A stretch of DNA of 64,000 nucleotides, from contig JAFNIV010000004.1 of assembly GCA_017601145.1 (NCBI GenBank), positions 16,743 to 80,742 on the forward strand. Reading direction: 5' to 3'. Of the stretch, positions 18,708 through 25,748 are shown in pieces (the first letter of the stretch is position 1; each line of letters begins with the position of its first letter). The notes under the pieces are model-generated. The model worked only from the letters and a program-made list of their open reading frames with translations, was not told the DNA's origin and ran no database searches. The position numbers were made by a program, and so were the translations under genes. This DNA is from Candidatus Brockarchaeota archaeon. GTDB lineage: Archaea > Thermoproteota > EX4484-205 > JAAOZO01.

Positions 18708-19874
18708 TTAGCTATTACTAGATAAAAGCAGCTCTTCTATTTTTGACTCTACTATAGGAGCTATACCTTGGCTAACACTCATAGATTCTTCATATTTTTC
18801 AGGATTCCATTCATCCTCTGGAATTATATAGCCTAGTTCATCGTTTGTTAACGATGCAACAAGTTTATACTTAAAGGGCATAAGTGATTTAAGTTCAAGG
18901 CTTATTCTTGGTAAAGGTTCGCCAGGAATTGTGATTAGTCCCACAGCATTCCCAAGCCTTACAAGCTCTACCTCACTTGCTACAAAGTTATCATTCATTT
19001 TTCTAGAGATTACTCCAACTTCTGATGCTTTTAGAAATCGCTCATTCTCTAACCTTACATTAATCTCTGAACTTCTTACCTCAAGTTTATCTAAAGAAAT
19101 AGTTCTAGCAGTTTCTAATGCTCTTAGAGCATATGCTGAAATCTCGAGGCCAATTCTCTTAGCTTCTTCAAAAGTATGCTCCTTTACCATCGGTGTGACC
19201 ATTCCTCCTAGACCTCCATTAAGAAAGATAGAAATTCCACCAGTGTTGGACTCTATCCCTTTATGAAGGTAATTGACAAGATCAGCAGATATAAAAGTGT
19301 TTGATCCTCCTAGTGCTTCAGGATGAATAGCAAAATTGGTAATAGTAGATATGACATTTTGTTGGTAATCTTCGAATTTAAGAACTGTAAGCTGTCTATC
19401 TATTAAGTTAGCATCTCTTGCATTATACAATATTGATTTTGGATTTATAAATACACGTCCTGCTCTTACAGTAGCAGGTTTCATAAATGATTGCGCTTCC
19501 AATATGCTACTTACTACTTGTTCTATGAGGTAATTCATATAGCTAGGATCAACACCTGTTTCATAGTTTGATGGCCCCCAAAGTCCTAAGGTATCGGGTC
19601 CCTGATGATTATGAGTACATGCAACTATAATTCGTTCTTTCTTGACATTTAGTTTATTTTTGACTTTTTCTCTTATCTCCATAACTACGTCTCGAAAAAG
19701 ACCAATTAAGTCTAATGAAGATATGAAAAGTAAATTACCATTAAGTTCTAGTGCTAATGTTCTCACGTATAAATTGTCATGAATGCCAGTGCTTCTCCTA
19801 TTCTGTCCAAAACCTGCAATAAATTGTTGCTTCGCTGGAGTAATATCAACTTTACTACTACCAACTCTCAACAT
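18708..19874 (-). CDS. neutral-ceramidase-N-terminal-domain-like hydrolase (function unknown)
   Basis: KVDITP...AGFG start and the CTHNHQGPD block resemble the neutral/alkaline ceramidase N-terminal domain family. Confidence 0.5.
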   Translation of the reverse strand: MLRVGSSKVDITPAKQQFIAGFGQNRRSTGIHDNLYVRTLALELNGNLLFISSLDLIGLFRDVVMEIREKVKNKLNVKKERIIVACTHNHQGPDTLGLWGPSNYETGVDPSYMNYLIEQVVSSILEAQSFMKPATVRAGRVFINPKSILYNARDANLIDRQLTVLKFEDYQQNVISTITNFAIHPEALGGSNTFISADLVNYLHKGIESNTGGISIFLNGGLGGMVTPMVKEHTFEEAKRIGLEISAYALRALETARTISLDKLEVRSSEINVRLENERFLKASEVGVISRKMNDNFVASEVELVRLGNAVGLITIPGEPLPRISLELKSLMPFKYKLVASLTNDELGYIIPEDEWNPEKYEESMSVSQGIAPIVESKIEELLLSSNS

Positions 19875-20241
19875 TTTTTGCTCATATTGATTTTTTTACT
19901 AAGCTATTTAAGCCTTCAGTAATAGAAGTAGCTAAAAACAAATTTAAACCCATTCCTGTTACTTGATAGTAATATGAAAAAAATTTATTATCTAATGCTA
20001 GGATGAAATTAGAAATAAACAGTAAAGTTGATGAAGCAATGAAGACACTCAGTACTTAATTATGAACTGATATATGCTCTTAACAAATAACACTATGAGT
20101 AGATAGAAGTAGGTTAACTGATACTGAAAGACAATTGAATGACCCCTGCATGTAGAAATTTAACAACCTAAAACAAGAGGTAGAGCTTATTTTAATGCCG
20201 ATAATAAAAAAGTTCAAAAAGTCTTATGAAAAATTCAATTG

Positions 20242-21039
20242 TCAACCTTCAAGTAAGAATGGAATAGTAACTTCGACTAATGGCTCTTCTGAAGAATATG
20301 GAAATCTTACACGTATGTGATAAAGTCCAGGAGCAAGTTTACTGGTGATTAAAATTTGTGCTTCATTGACTTTTTCATCATTAGGCGCTATGCTTCTTGT
20401 ATCTATTACTTGTATACATACAGTTTCATCAGAAAAATATGGTTTTTTAAACTTCACTTGATAACCTTTTTCAACCTCAAGTAATGAAACACGAAAATCA
20501 GGGTGACATGGTGTTGGGGAAGCATATTCTATAGAGGTATTACCAGTGTTTCGAACTCTTATGTATAGTTCAATTTCGTTCCTTTTGTAAAAGAACTTGT
20601 CTAACAACACTTCAACCTGTACACCATTCGAGCTATTAATTCTAAAGTTCACGAACGACGAGTTAATTAATGTTGAAATAACTGCATTCATAACAGACTC
20701 TATGTCAACAACATACAGGGGGAGTTCCTCAGAAGCTGCAAACTCATCCACCCATCGCATCATAACGCCCTTGCCCGAAGGACCAAAAGATAGCTCATAT
20801 TCGAAAAAGTCAACTGCGTTTGATTTAGGTTGAACTGAAAAATCTTTAAGCTTCTCTGCAATGCTCCATACGATTTTAAACACTTTAGGATCTAGCTTTC
20901 CCTCTACTGTAACACCATAACTTCTAGTAAGTTTGAATGTTCCATCATCTGCTATTTCGAGAACTTCAGATATCCCAGCTATTCCTCCGTGCCTTTCGTA
21001 TCGAAGTATCGTATGAGGCCTATTCATGTACAGTATCAC
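20242..21039 (-). CDS. hypothetical two-domain protein, probably originally secreted or membrane-anchored; 5' end apparently disrupted
   Basis: The ORF starts at GTG. In frame just upstream, right after a stop, lies a 19-residue hydrophobic stretch (TLLVTVIIIVSIVSVVILY) that has no usable start codon. N-terminal half: RYERHGGIAGISEV. C-terminal half is beta-rich and Ig-like. Confidence 0.55.
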   Translation of the reverse strand: MILYMNRPHTILRYERHGGIAGISEVLEIADDGTFKLTRSYGVTVEGKLDPKVFKIVWSIAEKLKDFSVQPKSNAVDFFEYELSFGPSGKGVMMRWVDEFAASEELPLYVVDIESVMNAVISTLINSSFVNFRINSSNGVQVEVLLDKFFYKRNEIELYIRVRNTGNTSIEYASPTPCHPDFRVSLLEVEKGYQVKFKKPYFSDETVCIQVIDTRSIAPNDEKVNEAQILITSKLAPGLYHIRVRFPYSSEEPLVEVTIPFLLEG

Positions 21040-21090
21040 AACACTTACTATACTTACTATTATGATTACTGTTACTAACAGGGTTCTGAG

Positions 21091-21583
21091 TTAAGTAGGA
21101 ATACATAGTGAATTGTTATTTTCATTCCTACTTAACCCTTCCCTCTCGATTATTTCATCGAGGGCTCTTTGGGTGAACCCTTCTCCCCGCATCTGAAGGT
21201 TCAATACTGCTACAACGTCTCTATCTAAGATTATGTTACACATTTCTGAAGCTGAAAAGAGTACTCTTGATGTAGACTGTTCTCTTAGTTATCTTAGGCT
21301 TACTTTCAGCTTTCCCCATATTATGTAATGTTATCCAGCTCTTAACAAGCCCTATGACAGAGTTTATTGCTGAATCAACGTAGTGTTTGGAGTATTTCCA
21401 CTCTCGTAGCAACTCATCTCTAAGCTTCTTCCTATCCTCTCTACTGAGGCTTAGATGGACTTTATTGGAAAACCTTACATGGGCGAAAATGTGCTCCAAA
21501 GCTCTTTGCTTAACTTGAAAGTATTCTTCGATTAAATCCTTTGGAGCTTCTACTGGGATTCTGTAGCTCTTAACTGCTTCCAT
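21091..21583 (-). pseudogene. tnpB: tnpB (IS200/IS605-IS607 OrfB) remnant with a large internal deletion
   Basis: The N-terminal 115 aa (MEAVKSYRIPVEAPKDLIEEYFQVKQRAL...KYSKHYVDSAINS) is fused out of frame to a C-terminal tail (NIILDRDVVAVLNLQMRGEG...) that carries the RuvC-III DRD..A..N block. About 490 nt remain, versus about 1.2 kb for an intact gene. Confidence 0.7.
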
Positions 21584-21730
21584 AATCTTTCAACCTCGCT
21601 CTTAGTGTTGGAAGCCTAATAGCCTTAATAATCCCCTTCTTTGCCACTTCCAAAGAGTCTTAAATGAGATGTTAAATATCTTTGCAACATCCTTTGGTCT
21701 AAGCAGTTCTTCGTAATCTTCAGACATCAT
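21091..21730 (-). mobile_element. decayed IS607-like element (tnpA HTH stub + truncated tnpB)
   Basis: 21602-21730 encodes MMSEDYEELLRPKDVAKIFNISFKTLWKW..., a MerR-like HTH as at the N-terminus of IS607 serine-recombinase TnpA. A +1 frame continues ...AKKGIIKAIRLP. The catalytic domain is missing and the stub abuts the tnpB remnant. Confidence 0.6.
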
Positions 21731-21738
21731 TAAAGTAA

Positions 21739-21810
21739 TCAACCTCTATTTAAACCTACCTGTCTCGAAACTGCTGCTAACAGGCAATATAAGCTCTTTT
21801 TCTTTTCCAT
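21739..21810 (-). pseudogene. possible orphaned 5' fragment (start codon + signal-peptide n-region) of the gene at 20242-21039
   Basis: MEKKKSLYCLLAAVSRQVGLNRG*, read by hand. It ends 9 nt before the IS stub. Its KKK + hydrophobic start would complement the start-less TM segment on the other side of the IS remnant. Confidence 0.25.
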
Positions 21811-22136
21811 CTTTCGAACCACACAACATACTTCAGAAAAAGTTAATTATTCTAACTTTTAGAACATTAGGAACAGGGATGTTCTAAAGAGTAGAACGAT
21901 AAACCCTACTAGCTATTCTTGATGAACTACTCCGCTTTCATAAGAAACTTTCGTTTTTCAATAAAGAACTTATTGGCACTTCTAACAGTAGGGTTCCTTC
22001 TCACAAGTAATTTAGGGTTTTCCTTGAACTTCCTAGAGGTTTTGTGCTGATCATTCTTACTGCCTAATCTTATACCTTTAGTCATCGCTAGCTCAGTACT
22101 CTAAATTATTATTTTTCATCTAAACTATTGATAAAA

Positions 22137-23993
22137 TTAAAATATAGGTCTCTTAGACAACAAAACAGGAAGTGGTAGTGGTTTATAGGGCTTATCTTTT
22201 GTTTCTTCTAGTATATCACTAGCTAGTTCCTCTATGCTTAATTCAGCTATTTTTCCAGTTAACCGGTTTCTCACAGACAGTTTGCCAGATTTTAACTCCC
22301 TTTCTCCAACCACAACTATGTACCTTATCCATTCTCTTTCAGCTTCTCTTATTTTTTTCTGGACAGTTTCGTCTCTGTCATCTACGTCTGCTCTTATCCT
22401 TTTTTCGCTTAAAGTTTCAGCAAACTTTAAGGTTGTGTCTATAAACTCTTTTGAGATCGGTATGAATCTGACTTGAGTAGGAGAAAGCCAAAGAGGAAGC
22501 TCAGGAACTTTACCCTTATCTTGATCTGCATAAGCTTTTTCTAGTAGTGCATAGATAACACGTTCTATTGCGCCACTTGGTGACATATGAAGGATTATTG
22601 GATTTTTCTTTGTTCCATCTTCATCTACAAAAGTAATTCCAAACCTTACTCCATTTTCAACATCGATTTGATCTGTAGAGAGAGCTGAGGCTTTTCCTAA
22701 GTTGTCAATAAAGTTTAGCTCATACTTTAAGACAAAGTAGAAGAACCTTTCTTCCCACATTTCGACAAGGACAGGCTTCCCAAATTCCCTTACCAAAGAA
22801 ACAATAAACTCCTTGTTGTTTTCAAAGAAATCCTTAGTAAAACGTATAGCCATTTCGACGTTTTCTTTCCCAACTCCAAGTTCTTCTATAACATTAAGTA
22901 TGATTCTAAATCTAGCTTTCATTTCTTCTTTTGCTTGATTCATATCCTTTACGAAAGCATGACAATCTGGCATAGTAAAGGCTCTTAGTCTCCTTAGCCC
23001 TACAACTTCTCCACTCTTCTCTCTTCTAAAGGAGTACTTTGTTAGTTCGTAAAGTTTTAGTGGCAAGTTTCTGTAAGAGATTGTTGCCTGAGAAGCCATC
23101 AAAAATTGACCAAAACACGCAGCAAACCTTAAGAAAAATTCTTTATCACCAGACTTAACGATATATTGCCTAGCTGGGAATCTACTCAAATAAGATTCTA
23201 AAGCAGGATGATTTATATTATACATTATTGGAGTTTCAACTTCTAACGCACCATATTCAGAAACTTTCAAGGAAACATATTCTTCTATTAATGATTTGAT
23301 GAGTTTTCCCTTTGGATACCACCTCATGTTTCCTGCATCAGAAGCTTCTTCATAACTTGCAATTGAATGTCTTTGCATAAGTTGAACATGAGGTGGAATT
23401 TGAGTAACAACCCTTGATTTAGAAACTTCATATTGCATGAACTTCTTTAAGTTATCATGAGAAGAAAAATTGAATTGTTCTATTGGTATTAAAGCTCCAT
23501 TTTCATCCATTATGTACCAATATGATTTTAGTTTTCTTTCTGCAACAACTGCAGTAGTAACAGGACCTTCCTCATCGTACATACCTTTAATAGTTTTAAA
23601 CTGTTCTGCAAGAGGATGTCCTTTTATTGCTATTGTGAATTTCTTTGTCCATCCAAACGGTGCAAGTGTGACGTCAACGCCAGAGTTTTTTAGTTCTTCA
23701 GATAAAGTTTCAAGAATTATCTTAGCTTGAGAAGGACTTGCTAGCTCGTTGCTTAAATGCGAATAAGGATAAATTAGAACCCTACTAACTTTTAGATCAT
23801 CAAGAGACTTTTTGATGCTTTCTACTACACTTCTGATAGAACTTTGAGAATCGTCTTTTTCTACCGAAACAAGTAGAACAACTATGTCTTTGAAGCTTTT
23901 TGGAGATTTGTCCACAAGCTCCTCTGCGTTTTCAGTCTCCTTTTTTATTGGTTCATACTCAAAACTGTCGGCATGAAGCTGGAGAAGTCGCAA
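22137..23993 (-). CDS. thrS: threonyl-tRNA synthetase, archaeal type with N-terminal editing domain
   Basis: 618 aa. Archaeal DTD-like editing N-domain (MRLLQLHADSFEYEP), class II core (FRRE...GLRRLRAFTMPD, motif 3 region) and C-terminal anticodon-binding domain. Confidence 0.9.
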   Translation of the reverse strand: MRLLQLHADSFEYEPIKKETENAEELVDKSPKSFKDIVVLLVSVEKDDSQSSIRSVVESIKKSLDDLKVSRVLIYPYSHLSNELASPSQAKIILETLSEELKNSGVDVTLAPFGWTKKFTIAIKGHPLAEQFKTIKGMYDEEGPVTTAVVAERKLKSYWYIMDENGALIPIEQFNFSSHDNLKKFMQYEVSKSRVVTQIPPHVQLMQRHSIASYEEASDAGNMRWYPKGKLIKSLIEEYVSLKVSEYGALEVETPIMYNINHPALESYLSRFPARQYIVKSGDKEFFLRFAACFGQFLMASQATISYRNLPLKLYELTKYSFRREKSGEVVGLRRLRAFTMPDCHAFVKDMNQAKEEMKARFRIILNVIEELGVGKENVEMAIRFTKDFFENNKEFIVSLVREFGKPVLVEMWEERFFYFVLKYELNFIDNLGKASALSTDQIDVENGVRFGITFVDEDGTKKNPIILHMSPSGAIERVIYALLEKAYADQDKGKVPELPLWLSPTQVRFIPISKEFIDTTLKFAETLSEKRIRADVDDRDETVQKKIREAEREWIRYIVVVGERELKSGKLSVRNRLTGKIAELSIEELASDILEETKDKPYKPLPLPVLLSKRPIF

Positions 23994-24141
23994 TTTAGCT
24001 CTCCATAACTTGTAAAAAATTACTTAAAAGTCTTTTTATTAAACTTAAATAAAGCGAAAATTTAAGATAAACTGGACAATATAAATAAAGAAATGTTATA
24101 AGAATAAAAAACCAAAAAACCTTATAGTTTTCTCCTTTTTC

Positions 24142-24387
24142 TTAAATTTCTTCTTCTAAAGGCTCGTTATCAAGACCAATTATTTTTGCATTGGGATATT
24201 CTTTCATGAGCTCTTTTCTTACTTCTTCTTTGTTTACATTACCCCTAAGAATAACTTTAACTATTCTCCTTCCATGGGCGTCTGTTGTTACAAATACAGA
24301 GTACCCTTTAGCGTTTTTGGAGGTAGATTCAAGGTCTAAAAAGTCATCCACGTCTTCGTAAATTTCTCTGAGCTTCTTTCTTTTCAT
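24142..24387 (-). CDS. hypothetical small protein (81 aa)
   Basis: Clean ORF with charged ends, directly upstream of thrS on the same strand. I recognise no family. Confidence 0.4.
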   Translation of the reverse strand: MKRKKLREIYEDVDDFLDLESTSKNAKGYSVFVTTDAHGRRIVKVILRGNVNKEEVRKELMKEYPNAKIIGLDNEPLEEEI

Positions 24388-24437
24388 TAGAAGCTCATTT
24401 TTAGAATGACGATAGAAGTTTATAAACTTTTGTTTTA

Positions 24438-24536
24438 TTAAAGAACTGCTATCTCGTAATGACTTATTTTAAATAATAAAACTACTGGTACAAGGGCTAT
24501 TAGAAGCCTTATCCAGCTAATAGCAATTCTAACCAT
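24438..24536 (-). CDS. candidate 32-aa single-TM micro-protein
   Basis: Hand-translated as MVRIAISWIRLLIALVPVVLLFKISHYEIAVL*. It is preceded by GGAGGT, but the spacing to the ATG is only 2-3 nt. Confidence 0.25.
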   Translation of the reverse strand: MVRIAISWIRLLIALVPVVLLFKISHYEIAVL

Positions 24537-24656
24537 ATACCTCCAAAGATAGAATCTGATTTCTTATGGAGTTTTATAGTTGGTTAAGGAACTTGCCTTT
24601 AGAGAGCCTTCACCATTTGAACATTTCTGATTTTCTTTATCAATATTCTCTAGAAG

Positions 24657-24682
24657 TTTCACAAATAAAAGTATTTGTGAAA
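24657..24682. repeat. perfect 11-bp inverted repeat (TTTCACAAATA-aaag-TATTTGTGAAA)
   Basis: Read directly from the sequence. It sits in a 729-bp non-coding gap and is followed by T-rich sequence. Confidence 0.7.
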
Positions 24683-25116
24683 GTCTTATTATACCAAGTT
24701 CAACTTTCAATTTTTTTTATGTTTCTAACTTAATTGAAGCCTGATCTTTTATCAAATTCATGTCTCTTTCGAAATCCTTTTTCATCTTTTAGAAAGTACT
24801 TCCTTGGAGTAATATCCTTGGCCAAGTAAACATTATGTCGTTCGTCTGGATTTAATGAAATATTTTTACTTCAAGGCTGTAACGAACTCTGAAAAACACG
24901 CAAAGAAGTCTTAAATGATTTTAAATAAAGTTTTTAACGTTAGTTATCAAACCTCTCCATTAAAGTAAGTTCCAACATAATCTAAGTTGAAGAATAATCA
25001 AGACTATAATCTAATGGCAGAAAAGATATCAAAACCATCTAAACATGCAAGGTTACACAAAAATGGAACCGTTAAAAATTGATATAATGTTCAAAATTTA
25101 AGAAAAAGTTTATAAA

Positions 25117-25713
25117 ATGAATGAAAATGAAACTACTAAAATGAAAACTAAATGGAATGAGGTTATAAGAAAAACATACGAAAAATCTAGAAAACTTGGA
25201 GTTCCTAGCATTGACCTTGAGGATGGATATGTATTATTTTCTCTGGCTTATTTAACAGCTCTAAACTTAAGAAAACTTAATGCAATAGATGCTGGTGCTG
25301 GAGTTGGATTCTCAACAATTTGGATAGCAAAAGCTCTAGAGGATTCTGAAGTTGATGGAAAGATCTACGCAATTGAAGAAGATTCAAGAAGGTTTGATGG
25401 CCTTAGAGAGTTAGTTCTAAACTACAAGTTTCAAGATAAAGTTATTCCAATTGAAGGAAATGCATTAGAGCTTATAGAAGGAATAAAAGAAGAAATTAAC
25501 TTTATATTTATTGACATTGATAAACATCTTTACCTTGATCTTTTTAAACTAGTTAAAGATAAAATTCAAGTTGGTGGATTAGTTCTTGCTCACAATGTAA
25601 ACCATAGGTGGGGAACGATTGAAGAGTTTATAGAAGAGGCTTCAAAAGATGGATGGAAAACAACAATTGCGCCTACTCCTGAAGGGATCTCAATAAGTTT
25701 TAAAGTATCATGA
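25117..25713 (+). CDS. class I SAM-dependent O-methyltransferase (family 3 / COMT-like)
   Basis: SAM motif I IDAGAGVGFSTIWIA and an acidic end of beta-2 (YAIEED). 198 aa. Confidence 0.75.
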   Translation: MNENETTKMKTKWNEVIRKTYEKSRKLGVPSIDLEDGYVLFSLAYLTALNLRKLNAIDAGAGVGFSTIWIAKALEDSEVDGKIYAIEEDSRRFDGLRELVLNYKFQDKVIPIEGNALELIEGIKEEINFIFIDIDKHLYLDLFKLVKDKIQVGGLVLAHNVNHRWGTIEEFIEEASKDGWKTTIAPTPEGISISFKVS

Positions 25714-25748
25714 TAGTAGAACTTAAATTTTGAAATGAAGTTAAGTTG

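Noticed and set aside
21860-21886. Hairpins built from AGAACAT/ATGTTCT arms at 21860-21886, 52654-52670 and 56780-56822, which looked like a shared regulatory palindrome.
   Set aside because: The heptamer AGAACAT also occurs many times inside coding regions of this window (for example near 5730, 8620, 47925, 49545 and 54610). The arm order and spacing also differ between sites. Recurrence is therefore compatible with chance in an AT-rich genome.
21927-22085. A 52-aa very basic ORF (MTKGIRLGSKNDQHKTSRKFKENPKLLVRRNPTVRSANKFFIEKRKFLMKAE) just downstream of thrS.
   Set aside because: There is no SD and no family I recognise. It does not match any small archaeal r-protein I can recall. It lies in the IS-scarred region, so it may be a fragment. 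Support is insufficient to call a gene.
25014-25082. A 21-codon ORF MAEKISKPSKHARLHKNGTVKN that vaguely recalls the N-terminus of eukaryotic r-protein eL29.
   Set aside because: It is far too short, and eL29 is not known from archaea. It has no SD or TATA support. It is most likely a chance ORF or at best a uORF of the methyltransferase gene.
24388-25116. Possible replication origin in the long AT-rich gap.
   Set aside because: I found no ORB or mini-ORB (TCCAGTGGAAA-like) repeats. There is no orc1/cdc6 gene nearby. Only a single palindrome is present.
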